Origin: Lingula anatina
Lineage: Eukaryota; Animalia; Brachiopoda
DNA length: 64,000 nucleotides
Assembly (NCBI GenBank): GCA_051362555.1
Contig: CM120640.1
Location: 67,682,788-67,746,787, forward strand
Direction of reading: 5' to 3'
Shown here one piece after another: positions 12,955 to 27,402 of the stretch. Under the pieces are notes generated by a model. The model was not told the DNA's origin. It saw only the letters and a program-made list of their open reading frames with translations, and did no database searches. The first letter of the stretch is position 1. Each line of letters begins with the position of its first letter. The position numbers were made by a program, and so were the translations under genes.

Positions 12955-15276
12955 AAAGAAAATTTTACCTTTTGGCTTGAAACTTAAGAACTGATGAATA
13001 TTTATTATACGCAGGTCAATTTTGAAAATCAGCATGATTGGGTCATTTTTAGGGAATTTATGCTGTTTTTTTAACTTTTTTCAGCATATATGCAGCACCA
13101 ATAACACAATAAGTGGAAAACTGTTTTTTCTTTTGGCTTGAAACTTACAGAACTGGTGAATATTCATAATACGCAGGTCAAGTTCGAAAATTGGCGTGAT
13201 TGGACTATTTTTACAAAAGTAAAGCAAAAGCAAAGGAAAACCAATCAGCATTTTGTCTTGCAACTCACAGGAATGATCAATCTGACCAGTATACAGATCA
13301 AGTTTGAAAATAAGCTTGATCAGTTAAGTTTTGATGAAGTTATTAGCCTTTTTGTATATAAGTGGTTTTTCTTCAGATTTAATTCTTAAGCATGTTAACA
13401 GTCTCATTACGGAACTAATTGGATATGTAAAAGTGTTGTTTTAACATTTTCTGCATTTTAACAATATTGTTAGTTGATTATATAAAAATGACAGTAAACA
13501 TATTATCGTGCATTGTGTAATAAAGTATCAAAAATGGAAAGGAACTCATCATTGCAGTTCGTCAGATTCAATCATTCACTATGTTCAGAATCTCCAAATG
13601 GAGCAAATTGGACATTATAAATTGTTCTATTGATATTTTTCCTATGTCAACAATTTTCCTAGTTGATCATTTAAAAATGACAGTAAATTGATTATTGTTT
13701 TATGTAAAAAAGGTGTTGAAAATGGAAAGAAAATCATTTCAGTACAGTTATCTCTTGTTAACATTTTGGCATTTTGAAAGTGTGACTCTGAACTTCCCAT
13801 GTCCTTGGAGACCTTTCCATATTACATTTTCTGAATATCCATGATACTTTTATTTTTTTATAAAAAAAATTGATGGTTTATTGCTGTTAAGTATTATGTT
13901 ATATTGCATGAAAGTTGAAGAAAAGCCTATTTTGGACACTGCTGGCAGGATAGCGATTAAGGGAAAACCATGTTACTTATTATAATCAACCTTACTGAAA
14001 AGACTGAAGTGCAGCTTGTGTTGGAAAACCTTGTAATTGTTTTCTGTTTTGAAAGCAATGCAGTAGAGTGCTATTTGGTGCAATAAATGTATATGGATAG
14101 TAGGCAGTTAATTCAGGGCTATAAAGTAATTTGCTTAATTAATTTTTAAGTTATTTCAGGGTTATAAAATAATTTGCTTAATTAATTTTCAAGTGGCCAT
14201 TAAATGAGATTACATTAACACACATTGAGATTTCATTGTAAGGTCCCATAGGTTTAGCTCTCTTAACTGTGTCACATAATTAGGAATTGATGATTATTAT
14301 GCAGGTAAATGTTATTTGATATTGAAAATAAGTTTACAAAAGAAAAATTTTGTGTAACGCTTACATTAATGCTAAAGATGAATAACAGTGCCTTATTATT
14401 CTCTAACTCAATACTGTTATTCATATCATGTTAGTAATTGTACAGCTAGATTAAAAGTTTGAATAGCAGCTTTATTGGTATTTTTTGTTATGTTTTATTT
14501 TACATTTTCTTTTAATTTTTTTTCAAACACTAGCATCTTCAAGATGACACTTTCAACTGTCATCCACCAGAAGCGCTGTGTATTTTGTTTTTCCACATTA
14601 GCAGTTGTGTTGGTTTTTGTCTTTAAACATTGTGTAATATTATTTTATGCACTGCCATCATTTTTCACATATTGGGATTTTCATTATGTGAATTTGAACT
14701 CTCACACATGGTCCTGAAACTGTAATCTTATTGACAATGTTATTCTGTTGTATATATTTTTGAAATTTTTATCTTCTACCTACTGGCATTTTCAGTGTGG
14801 GACTTATAACTCCCAAGGGTATGTAACAGTTCACTTTTATTGATACTACCTGTTGTGCAATATTTGCGACTTCAATTTGCAGTTAAAGGGATAATAACTG
14901 TTCATTTTTGGCAAATTATAATTTTTTTTCTAAAAAGTGTTGTTTTTTTTTATAATCTCTTAAGAAATAAGTATAGCCACCTATGTAGGTCACATGGTCT
15001 GATGACAAGTTCAGACATCAGAATAATAGCTGTTACTGCCCTTTTTGTGGTAAAACAAAATATATTATATTTCTGTGAGTTGTTTACACTGTTTAAACTC
15101 AAGTTGGATGATTCATATCATGGTTATGCAGCTAGACTGAATGGCAGCTTTAGTGGAATATTTTTGTAATTTTTTCTTTAATGTTTAATTTTTCAAACTG
15201 GCATTTTCAAGATGCGACTTATCACTCCCATCCACCAGGAGCCCTGTACTGTTACTTGTAACATTTTCTGTATTTT
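12955..15276 (+). repeat. Older diverged HINE family-2 internal sequence
   Basis: 161-bp-type monomers at 12960-13330 and blocks colinear with 20590-22002 and 26469-26750. Confidence 0.7.
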
Positions 15277-17901
15277 TGTACCACCAGCGTTAGCGCTGGC
15301 GGTACACATGGTTTCGGTCCCCTCCGGATCATTCCGCCGGCTCCGCCGGTTCCGCCGGCTCCGCCGGCTCCGCCGGACGGCTACCGTTACCGCTTCTCCT
15401 CCTAGACGGTAAGGCCCCCCGTACCCATCTCATGGATTTAGGTCACCTATAATCTCAACTCGTTCCACGTAAAATTTGGGCTTTGTCGGTATTGGGGTCT
15501 GGGTGTGGCACTCATTGCAATGCACCCTTGTCTAAAAATGGCAAAATTAAATGCTAATTATCTACCCTACGGAAGGAGTTATGGGAAAAATTTCTATAGA
15601 CGGCTTTCCAAAAGTCATATGTGTAGATTTCAAATATACCCTTGGATTTGACCTTTGACCTTTACTTCAAGGTAAAATGGGCCAAAATTTTCAAAAAAAT
15701 GAAATTTTTTACGAAAAAAAATTTTTTTGCCCTGTTATTCAGACACCACACAGACTTAACCAATAATATTATTGGAAAGTGTTACCCTTCAGGTCATCTT
15801 TCATCTCCATGAATTTGGGGTCAATCGGTGCATTTTCACGGGAGTAGCGGCCATAAGATACGAAAACTGAAAACTGTCTCTAATTCGGGAACCGTTAATG
15901 CTAGAGACCCATTCTTTTTTGCATTTTGTAGAGCATGTAAAGCCCAACACTGGAGGTGGTCTCGTTTTTTTTGTATTCCATACTGTTTTCGAGTTACGCT
16001 GTATCAAAAAGTACATATTGGTGGTAAAAGCAAAATGTGCAGTACGGTAATGGATAATAAATTTTGAACTCTGGAAAAATAAAACATTAGGCTTGGCAAA
16101 GCAGACAACTTGTGTTCAAAAATGACATTATTTCATCAAATTTGAACTTCTGAAACTTCAGAGCACCTCCTATTTCAAGAATTTTGACCAAAATGACATT
16201 TTCTTTATTTTAATTAATTTTTTCTGTACAAAATTTAAGGCACATTATGGTAACTCCAAAATTATAACATTTAGTCCCTTATATCTCCAAAACTGGCAGA
16301 GATAGGTCTATAGTTACTATTGAAGTTGAATAGGAAGTCATATACTGGCAATCTATATGTGACCTTGAAATTGACCTTTGACCTACTTTTCACCATGAAC
16401 TGAACTTTGCAAATTTTTCTTCCCTTTTATCTCCAAAACTGGCAGAGATAGGTCCATAGTTACTATTGAACTTGAATAGGAAGTCATATACTGGCAATCT
16501 ATATGTGACCTTAAAATTGACCTTTGACCTACTTTTCACCATGAACTGAACTTTGCAAATTTTGCTTTCCTTTTATCTCCAAAACTGGCTGAGATAGGTC
16601 CGTAGTTACTATTGAACTTGAATAGGAAGTCATATACTGGCAATCTAAATGTGACCTTAAAATTGACCTTTGACCTACTTTTCACCATAAACTGAACTTT
16701 GCAAAATTTGCTTCCCTTTTATCTCCAAAACTGGCAGAGATAGGTCCATAGTTACTATTGAACTTGAATAGGAAGTCATATACTGGCAATCTAAATGTGA
16801 CCTTGAAATTGACCTTTGACCTACTTTTCACCATGAACTGAACTTTGCAAACTTTTCTTCCCTTTTATCTCCAAAACTGGCAGAGATAGGTCCATAGTTA
16901 CTATTGAACTTGAAAAGGAAGTCATATACTGGCAATCTAAATGTGACCTTAAAATTGACCTTTGACCTACTTTTCACCATGAACTGAATTTTGCAAATTT
17001 TGCTTTCCTTTTATCTCCAAAACTGGCTGAGATAGGTCCGTAGTTACTATTGAACTTGAATAGGAAGTCATATATCTCCAAAACTGGCAGAGATAGGTCC
17101 ATAGTTACTATTGAACTTGAATAGGAAGTCATATACTGGCAATCTAAATGTGACCTTGAAATTGACCTTTGACCTACTTTTCACCATGAACTGAACTTTG
17201 CAAATGTTTCTTCCCTTTTATCTCCAAAACTGGCAGAGATAGGTCCATAGTTACTATTGAACTTGAATAGGAAGTCATATACTGGCAATCTAAATGTGAC
17301 CTTAAAATTGACCTTTGACCTACTTTACACCATGAACTGAATTTTGCAAATTTTGCTTTCCTTTTATCTCCAAAACTGGCAGAGATAGGTCAGTAGTTAC
17401 TATTGAACTTGAATAGGAAGTCATATACTGGCAATCTAAATGTGACCTTAAAATTGACCTTTGACCTACTTTTCACCATGAACTGAACTTTGCAAATTTT
17501 TCTTCCCTTTTATCTCTAAAACTGGCAGAGATAGGTCCATAGTTACTATTGAAGTTGAATAGGAAGTCATATACTGGCAATCTAAATGTGACCTTAAAAT
17601 TGACCTTTGACTTACTTTTCACCATAAACTGAACTTTGCAAATTTTGGTTCCCTTTTATCTCCAAAACTGGCAGAGAAATTGACCCTTGACCTACCTTAC
17701 GAAGAACTTAAATTTGATTGTACCATATATATTTTTTGCAATAGTTTAAAAATTCTTGTTGATTGCATTTTTACAGCTTGTCAAGCACAAAACTGGTGGC
17801 TGTGTCCCTTATTTTGTGTATGTGGGGGTCTACATGAATGAGCTTGCTCCAGCTGGTGGTACAATATTTGGAGGCGGTATCGCCTCTCTGATCCTCTAGT
17901 T
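15277..17901 (+). mobile_element. HINE family 1, subfamily B, complete
   Basis: 5' hairpin GTACCACCAGCG-ttag-CGCTGGCGGTAC; (GGCTCCGCC)n; ~9-10 monomers of 146 bp; 3' subTIR GCTGGTGGTACA, hairpin GAGGCGGTATCGCCTC, end CTAGTT. Confidence 0.88.
16045..16252. mobile_element. ~208-bp MITE fixed in family-1 subfamily B (also ~28574-28783, ~31962-32171)
   Basis: Ends TACGGTAATG...CACATTATGGTA; absent from subfamily A; reverse complement aligns with 35320-35500. Confidence 0.7.
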
Positions 17902-18223
17902 TAACTTATGTATATATGTAAGTGGCTTAGCTATCTGTCACGCCTACGGAAACTGGCATGCCAGAATCCTAAGCCGCTTAAGCTGAAAGCAATTTAGTGA
18001 GAAACCCCTTGGAGTTGGATTGATCCTGTTAGATTGATCTAGGTATGGGAACTCGGTCTAATGCTTGTTACACATTTTACCTTCATCCTAATCCACTGTT
18101 ATGCAGAATTAGAATTTGATGTTGGCTATGCAGTTACAGTAAGCATAATACATTAGTGCATCAAAATTGACAGTATCCTTTTTCCTGCGTTTTTATTTTC
18201 TGTTTTTTGTCTGTACATTTGAC

Positions 18224-18274
<51 letters not shown>

Positions 18275-18277
<3 letters not shown>

Positions 18278-18453
18278 ATATTTTTAGAACTCTTGTTTAT
18301 TGCATTTTATAGAGCTTGTCAAGCACAAGACTGGTGGTGGTGTCCAATTTTTTTTTTTTTTTTTTTTTTTGGGGGGGGGGGTCCATACAAATGCGCTAAC
18401 TCCAGCTGGTGGTACAATATCCAGAAGCGGTATCGCCTCTCTGATCCTCTAGT
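18275..18453 (+). mobile_element. HINE family-1 3' end fragment
   Basis: GCTGGTGGTACA, hairpin and CTAGTT, followed by family-2 sequence. Confidence 0.8.
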
Positions 18454-21400
18454 TTAACTAATAAGACATCTAAAAGTGTTTGGTTGACATTTCCTGCATC
18501 TTTACAACATTATTAGTTGATTATGTAAAAATGATGGTAAACTTGTTATCATGTATTGTGTAATAAAGTTTCAAAAATGGAAATAAACTCATGTCATTGC
18601 AGTTTGTCAGATTAAATCATTCACTATGTTCAGAATCTCAGAATGGAGGAAATTGGACATTTAACACTGTTGTATTGATATTTTTCCCATCTCATCAATT
18701 TTCTTAGTTGATCGTATAAAAATGGCAGTAACCTGTTAATTTTGTTTTATGTTAAAAAAATTGTTAAAAATGGAAAAAAAAAAAAAAAAAAAACATTTCA
18801 GAACAGTGCTGTCTTGTTTACATTTTGGCATTTTCAAGATGTGACTTTGAAGTTCCATGGGCATGAAGACCTTTGCTAGTCACATTTTCTGAATATCCAT
18901 AATACTAATATTTTATTATTAAAATTGATGGTCATTATACTGTTAAACATTATGTAATATTGCTTCAAAATTTGAAAAAAAAAAAAAAAAAAAAAAAACT
19001 ATTTTGGGCACTGCTCCCATGATGACCATTTAAGAAAAACCATGTCACTTACTGTTCTCAAACTTACAGGAAAGAAACATGGGACTAAAATACAGCTTCA
19101 GTAGACAATGCAGTCTGTTTGGTAATTCTTACTGCCAGTTAAACAGTTTTTTGGTGAAAATTTAATTTTTCACATACTGGCATTTTCAAGTTGTGACTTT
19201 GAAGTTTCACGACCTTGAAGACCCATGCTAGTCACATTTTCTGAAAATCCATGATAAGTATATTTCATTATTGAAAATTGACGGTCATTATGCTGTTAAC
19301 CATTATGTAATATGGTATGGCATCAGAATAGAAGAAAACACAATTTTGGGTGCTGCTGCCATGATGATCATTATGGGAAAACCATGTTACTTATGATTGC
19401 CAAACTTTCAAAAAAGAAATACAGGACTAAAATGCAGCCTGAGTTGGAAAAGCAGTCTAATTGGCTTCTTTTTCTGGAATTTGCAGTTTAACATAATGTA
19501 CTTTTGCATCAGAATTAACAGTAGCCTATTTTGTGCATAGTTACTTCCTGTTTTTTGTCTGTACATTTGACAGCTTTGCTACCTTGTTTTAAATATTGGG
19601 ATTTTCATTGTGTGAATTTGAACTCTCATGGTCCTGAAACTGTAATCTTATTGCAGTGGCGGACTGAGACCGTCTTCTGGGTCTTCCAGATGACGGTCAG
19701 ATTTTAAAGTGTACATTGATGGGTATCTATTTTTTTCTTTTGGAAGACCATCAAAAGTGGAGGATGGATCAAGAAAGATAATTTGGAATACTGTCAAAAA
19801 ATATCTTTGGATCCGCTCCTGTTATTGACCTTGCTACCTGTTGTGCATGATTAAAATTCAGTGTTGATTGACTGAGTGTGCTTTTATAAGTATTATTTAT
19901 TATTGCATCAAAATTGACAAAATGGCCTAATTTCTACATCTTTATTTTCTGTTTTTTGTCTGTACATTTGATAGCTTTGCTGCCTTGTTCTTTACATTTA
20001 CCAGTTAGCTTTGTTTGATTTGTATTAAGCTTCTGATGATCAAAGTTCTGTATTTATTTTTTGTATTCGTTTATGCAAATTTAGTAAGTGCCAAACTATA
20101 TTTTTGATAAATGTTATGTATACCAAAATTATATACAAATGTAAACATATTTGTCTGTGTTTTTGTTTTCTATGTATTATCGTTTTGTGAATTTTTGAAA
20201 AAATAAATAATGCATGTGGGGAATGTTGCAAGCAACACAGGGATACTCATATAATATAAAGCTAACAGCATGATTACTTGGCATTCAGAGGCCTAGAATA
20301 AAATTAACTGTTATGTTTGCTTGCCAACAACTTGAAATATTGATGATTGGTCAGAAAAGTAAAAGCTTTTGGAGAGTAAAAGGATTTTTCTTCTTTTAGA
20401 AACACCAATTCCTCCCCTGCTGAGGTGGAAATTTGTCACTTTTTATGTACAGACACAGATGTGACACAGAATTTTTTACGTTTTATTTAAAATTTTTTAA
20501 AAATTATTTTTCAAACACTAGCATCTTCAAGATGTGATTTTTTACTCCCATCCACCAGAAGTGCTGTGCATTTTCTGTATTTTTTTGTATATAAGTCTTT
20601 TTTCCTCGGATTTAATTCTTAGGCATGTTAACAATCTCATTTGTGAACTAATTAGTAATGTAAAGGTGTTCTTTTGACATTTTCTGCATCTTAACAATAT
20701 TGTTAGTTGATTATATAAAAATGATGGTAAACCTGTTATTGTGCATTGTGTAATAAAGTGTCAAAAATGGAAATAAACTCATATCTTTACAGTTTGTCAG
20801 ATTCAATCATTCACCATGTTCAGAATCTCAGAATGGAACAAATTGGACATTTAAAATTGTTCTATTGATATTTTTCCTGTGTCAACAACTTTCTTAGTTG
20901 ATCATTTAAAAACGACAGTAAATCGATTATTTTGATATATGTAAAAAAAGTGTTGAAAGTGGAAAGAAATTCATTTCAGTACAGTTATCTCTTGTGTACA
21001 TTTTGGCATTTTGAAGTTGTGACTCTGAACTTCCATGGCCCTGAAGACCTTTCCATATCAAATTTTCTGAATATCCATGATACTTTATTTTATTATTAAA
21101 AATTGATGGTCATTATGCTGTTAAGCATTATGTAATATTGCATTCAAATTGAAGACAACCCCATTTTAGACAATGCCTCCATAGTGACCATTAAAGGAAA
21201 ACCAAGTCACTCACTCTTCTCAAACTTACAGAAATGTAGCATAGCACTAAATTATAGCTTTAGTTGGAAAACCTGTTATATCGGTTAACTTTCTTGGAAA
21301 TTATATAGTTTTTTGTTACAATTAAAATTTTCACATATGGACATTTTCAAGGTGAGACTTAGTCTTTGAACTTCAATTGGCTTGAATACCATTGCTAGTC

Positions 21401-22002
21401 ACATCTTTTGAATAGCTATGATACATTTACTTTATTATTAAAAATTGATGGCCATTGTGCTGTTAAGCATTATGTTAAATTGAATAAAAGATGAAAAAAC
21501 CCTTTTTTGGACATCGCTGCTGGGATGACCATTAAGGAAAAACCATTTAACTTATGATATTCTAACGTACTGAAAAGTTTCATAGGACTGAAGTGTAGCT
21601 TGTGTTGGAAATCAGTGTGATTGTTTTCTGTTTTGGAAGCAATGCAGCTCTATGGAGTGTTACAGTATATGGGGCTACTGTTTATGGATGGTGGTAATTG
21701 TCCCTTGGGATAATCACTAGCTAAATTCAGAGCTATAAAATTTCTTGCCTAATTGATTTTCAAGTGCCCATTAAATAAGATTACATAGACACACGTTGAG
21801 ATTTCCCATTCAAGTCCTATTGGTTAAGCTCTCTTAACTGTGTCACATAATTAGGAATTGGTGATAATTATGCAGGTAAATGTTGTTTAATATTGCAAAT
21901 AAGTTTACAAAAGAAAAAAATTTGTGTAATGCCAACATTAATGCTATAGATGAATAACAGTGCCTTATTATCCTCAAACACGTTGGGATTATTCATATCA
22001 TG
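18454..22002 (+). repeat. Stacked HINE family-2 fragments
   Basis: Family-2 blocks; 3' ends near 19589 and 19989; 5' hairpin start at 20446. Confidence 0.7.
19654..19821. mobile_element. ~168-bp hAT-like MITE inside family 2 (second copy 26751-26918)
   Basis: CAGTGGCGGA...TCCGCTCCTG flanked by TTATTG duplications; empty site at ~14722-14736. Confidence 0.72.
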
Positions 22003-22547
22003 TTAAGGAGGGAATGTAGGTTTGAGATTTTCTCTTAAAATAAAGGTCTTGGCTTTTTTATTCCTGTCATATTCATTTAACGTATCTTCAAAATATCTAA
22101 TTATGCTTGGAACACAGCTTTAACTTCATCGTGTGACGTAATATTGGGATTTTGGGGACAAAAACACCATTTTTATACACCTGATTTTCTCAGGCACCTG
22201 GACAGCTATAAACTTGCTTTTGATGTCATTATGACACTTGAACAAAGTACTACAGCATGGAGTCAGGGATTTTTCTTCAGACACTTATTGTTGATTTTAT
22301 CTATAAAAACGTGAAATTACATCAAAATATTAGGGAATTTTCACTTTCAAAGTCTATAAATTAGAAAAGAGAGGATCAATCAAAATTTCTTAAAAAGCAC
22401 TTTTAGAGCATACTGTTCATAATTAGCATGGTGAATTTGGTCTCCCTCAGGTGTACAGGTAGATAGTTAAAGCTTGTTAAGATAACGCTATCTCGTCAAT
22501 ATTGAAAGCAAAGAAAACGAGCAAAAACACTTTCAGTGAAGTTAATT

Positions 22548-24469
22548 AGTACCACCAGCGTATACGCTGGCGGTACTCATGGTTTTAGTCCCGACCCGTC
22601 TCGTACAGCTCCGCCGGCTCCGTTGGCTCCTGCGGCTCCGCCGGCTCCTGCGGCTCCACAGTCGGGCGCCGGAAACAAGTCACCGTTACCACTTCTCCTC
22701 CTAGACTGCCAGGACCTGTGTCCCCATCTCTTGGATTTAGGTCACATATAATCTCAACTTGAACACCCTGGTTTTTTTGTCTCTGTCGGTGCATTGGCCT
22801 GGGCGTGACACTTGTTGAAACGCACCCTTGTCAAAATTTTTGAAAATTCAAGACTAAATATCTCCCAAACCAAAGGAATTATGGGAAAAATTACTACAAA
22901 AGTCTGACCGAAAGTCATATGTGGAGATTTCAAATATGCCCTTTGATTTGACTTTTGACCTTTTTTTCAAGGTCAAACAAGCCAAAATTTTCTAAAAATG
23001 GGAATTTTCTGCAAAAAAATATTTGTTTATGCTATTTTTTGGAAAGTACACAGATCTAAGCTCTCCTGTTACAGTGAGGGGTTACAATTGGGGACTCCTT
23101 TCATCTTTGGGAGTTTGGGGTCAATCGGTGCATTTCCACGGGAGAAGCAGCCATTAGATACCGAAACTGAAAACTTGCCTTTATTCTGGAATGGTAAATG
23201 CCAGAGACCTTTTGTTCATCGCACTTTATAGAACTTGTCAAGTGCAATACTGGAGGTGGTGTCCATTTTTTTGTTTTCGATATGGTTTAGGCATTGCGCT
23301 ATATCAAAAATTACAACATCGCAATATTCAGTGGGGAAAATGTTAAATATTCCAAAACTGGCAGAGATACGCCCATAGTTACTATTGAACTTGAATAGGA
23401 AGTTATATACAAGTAATCTAACTGTGACCTTTAAATTGACCTTTGACCTACTTTTCACCATGAACTGAACTTTGCAAATTTTCTAGCCCTTCTATCTCCA
23501 AAACTGGCAGAGATACACCCTTAGTTACTATTGAACTTTAATAGGAAGTTATATACTGGTAATCTAACTGTGACCTTTAAATTGACCTTTGACATACTTT
23601 TCACCATGAACTGAACTTTGCAAATTTTCCAGCCTTTATATCTCCAAAACTGGCAGAGATACACCCATAGTTACTGTTGAACTTGAATAGGAAGTCATAT
23701 ACTGGCATTCTTATTGTGACCTTGAAATTGACCTTTGACCTACTTTTCAACATGAACTGAACTTTGTAAATTTTCTATCCCTTATATCTCGAAAACTGGC
23801 AGAGATAGGTCCAAAGTTACTATTGAACTTGAATAGGAAGTCATACACTGGCAATCTTACTGTGACCTTGAAATTGACCTTTGACCTACTATTTATGATG
23901 AACTGCACTTTGCATGTTTTCTGGCCTTCATATCTCCAACATTGGCAAAGAAATGCCCATAGCTACTATTAAACTTATATAGGAAGTCATATACTGTGAC
24001 CTTGAAATTGACCTTTGACCTACTTTTTTACCTCAAACTGAACTCTGCATATTTTCTTGCCCTTCATATCTTCAAAACTAGCAGAGATCTGCCCAGTGTT
24101 GTCCCTAGGTTTTCTCTTTTGTCAGCATTCCGGTATATGCATTACTGATAATGCATTTCAAGGAAAACCAATAGGCCTATTGTCTAGAAAATCACAGGAG
24201 TGATCAGTGTTAGGAAAATACAGGTTAATTAGGACATCTCCTTGATTGGACCATTTTAACTGTTATGTTTTTTTGATTTTTTTTTTTTTTTTCATATTTT
24301 GAGAACTCTTGTTTATTGCATTTTATAGAGCTTGTCAAGCACAAGACTGGTGGTGGTGTCCATTTTTTTTTTTTTTTTTTTTTTGGGGGGGGGGTGTCCA
24401 TACGAATGCGCTTACTCCAGCTGGTGGTACAATATCCAGAGGCGGTATCGCCTCTCTGATCCTCTAGTT
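22548..24469 (+). mobile_element. HINE family 1, subfamily A, complete
   Basis: 5' hairpin GTACCACCAGCGT-at-ACGCTGGCGGTAC, ~5 monomers, 3' subTIR, AGAGGCGGTATCGCCTCT hairpin, CTAGTT. Confidence 0.88.
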
Positions 24470-24932
24470 GTCCATATAAGCAAATAAAATTGTTGACAGC
24501 TTTACCTGTTATCGTTCTGACGATCGCGAAGATGGGTACTCTTTTGCCGGTTGAAATTAGCTTGTTTGCATGTATTTGGATGTCAGAAAATCTTATTTTT
24601 GTATCAATCTCACCTCCTGTTAGTAACTTCAAGGGGTTACCGCTAGCACTGCCAGAATGATTGACAGGCAATCTAGTAAGCCCTAATGACCCAAGTAATC
24701 AGTGGCCACGTCAATTGCCGTCGGGGCAAGTGTTAGGGATGCGCTCTAGGATGTGCACACAATAGCAGCATCGCATGCGGTCTTGTCCACATTCGCCAAG
24801 CGAAAAATGGTTCGAAAACAGGTGGAAAGGTTAGATATTATCATTGTTGATTTTCCGATTACCAATGGTAAGCAGAAATAAATAGGAGTTGAGCCTCGAT
24901 GCTAGGGCCGAATTGCCCAAGTTGCATAGATT

Positions 24933-25868
24933 CAGGGGCGTAACCAGACCTTAAAAAAATTGTACGCACAGATTTTTTACATTCCCACCAAAATATAGAC
25001 TAACGCAAGAGATGAAGGACAGCGTAATCACAGCATATGTACCACACACCACAGCTTAATTTCCATTAATAATAAAACATCATTTAGTCAGAAATATTCT
25101 CGCAATTAAAAAAGTTTCAATAAACTTATTACCCAGAATGGTATATTTATTTAAAAGGAGGCTTGCTTCGCATACGTGGAACGCCCTTCGAATAATCCTG
25201 GATCCGCCTCTGAGTTGAACTAACATTAGATTTCATTAACCTTACATGTGGATGCATGGCTCCCCATAACAACCAATTGTACGACACGACAGAGCTCTGA
25301 TACATCAAAGTTTTATTATATGTTTGTAAAAATTGTCCATGTCACCCTGTTAGTTTGGAGGGATAAGCTGGGTCAAGTCCGTGTCAAAATTCTTTGACGC
25401 TTTGCAGGAAAAATCCTTCTTTCGTTTCTCTAGCTCCTTATGAAACCTGGTGTCCAGATTTTATCTAATGCCCTCAGGGTTGCGTGAGCTGCTCTTTGAA
25501 AATAACACAGATATTTTACCTGAGATAAATATTGCCAGCGAGGCTTCAGGTGAGTTGTGGGCCACTGAACCCTCCAATAAAGAGGTAAAGGAAGTTCGTT
25601 AGATGGACGATTAAGATAAAACTTGTTAAGGTTTCAGGCATTGTTTACCTCAGTTCAATAAAAGTATGCAAGACGGGGGGAGGGGGGTGTCAGAACAATT
25701 GTGCCTATACAATTGATACAGAGGATTTGTTCATACAGGTGATTTTAATAAGCAGAGAATTTCTTTATATTCCGTGAAAAATACACTAAATTTATATAAA
25801 ATAATATCATGGTTGGCCAAAAAAATGTACGCACAGTGCATCCGTGCGTATGCCTAGTTACCCCCATG
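24933..25868. mobile_element. MITE with CAGGGGCGTAAC-type termini (superfamily uncertain)
   Basis: CAGGGGCGTAACCAG...CTAGTTACCCCCATG; reverse partial copy at 36626-37290; no clear TSD. Confidence 0.68.
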
Positions 25869-27402
25869 TATATTTTTAAAATCTAACACTAAACTGCATC
25901 GACCTGTTGGCGAAAATGGATAGAAAGAATGACGATTGTTGTCACGCGTAGCAAGCAACGGAATTTTCTTCTTTTCTTTTGCGTATCTCAAAAAGTTAAC
26001 AAGAAAATCGAAAGAACGCGTGTAACAACAAGCAATATTCAAGGGAGAACGAGTATTTCGAGCAAATCCAATGTGTCGGAAAAGATTCATCTTAGCGCTG
26101 ATCACAATCAAGAGAGACTATCAAAACAGCTTAAGCGGAACAATAGGCACTGCTTTGCCGATCGCTGTTTATTGCAAAGGGGGCATGGCGCATCCCTGTT
26201 CTATTGTTTCCCTAGACGTGCTGATGCTGCTAAGGTCCGCCCACCGAGTTTACCCATGCCAACGGCCCTTGACAACGAAGGCGGGGCATATACCAGGCCA
26301 CCGCTGTCGATGTGTGCAGCATCAGAAAAATCAGAAAAAAACAAATTTTTTGTTCAAAATGTAAAAATTTTATTCTGTTAAACGTTAGATACACGTTTAA
26401 CCAATAATTAGACATAAAAAACCAAAAATGGCTATTTTTAGCTATATTTGGGTACATCCGCTCCTTAATACAGCAAGATTAAAAGTTTGATTAGCAGCTT
26501 TATTGGAATTTTTTTTTTTGTGTGTGTGTGTGTGTTTTCTTTTTAATTTTTTTCTAAACACTGGCATTTTCAACTCCCATCCACCTGAAGCTCTTCAGGT
26601 TTTCTGTATTTCCACATAAGCAGTTGCATAGGTTTTTATGTCTTTAAACAATATGTAATATTATTTTATGCACTGTCAACATTTTTCAAATATTGGGATT
26701 TTCATTATGTGAATTTGAACTCTCATGGTCCAGAAACTATAATCTTATTGCAGGGGTGGATTGAGGCCGTCTTCTGGGTCTTTCAGATGATGGTCAGATT
26801 TTAAAGTTTACATTGACTGGTATAAATTTTTTTCTGTTGGAAGACCATCAAAAGTGTAGGATGGATCAACAAATATAATTTGGAATACTGTCAGAAAATA
26901 CCTCTGGATATGCTCCTGTTATTGAGCATGTTACCTGTTGTGTATGAGTAAAATTCAGTGTTGATTGACAGTGCTATTATAAGCATTATTTATTATTGCA
27001 TCAAAATTGACAAAATGACCTATTTTGCATCTTTATTTTCTGTTTTTTTGTCTGTACATTTGACAGCTTTGCTGCCTTGTTTTTAGAAATATATATCGAA
27101 ACTCATTCACCACCGATCTTGCCTAGATGTTATTGAAACTGTTCTTTTGATTTTTTTATAAAAAAGTTTTTGCTGTTTGTTTTAGGTATATTTGTCATCT
27201 TTTCTATTTACAGATTTTTTTTGGTACTCGAAAACAGTATTTGGGACCCAAATCCTGGCTTGTTTTGAAGAAACTATATATGAAAGTGGCTGTGACTTGT
27301 TAATGCTACAGTTTAAAGCCGAAAGAGAGGATACAGAGTCCAAGTAGGGTGCATGTTTTATTGAAGTGTATTAAAAGTTAAAGCACATATTACCATTTAC
27401 TA

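Larger units (their letters stand above)
22007..26464. mobile_element. Kolobok-like non-autonomous element with nested insertions
   Basis: TTAA TSDs (22003-06, 26465-68); termini GGAGGGAATGTA / TACATCCGCTCC; flanks approximately rejoin to the family-2 sequence uninterrupted at ~14420-14460. Confidence 0.72.

Noticed and set aside
16281-17690. Regular repeats resembling a CRISPR array
   Set aside because: Head-to-tail 146-bp monomers without unique spacers, no cas genes, eukaryotic context.
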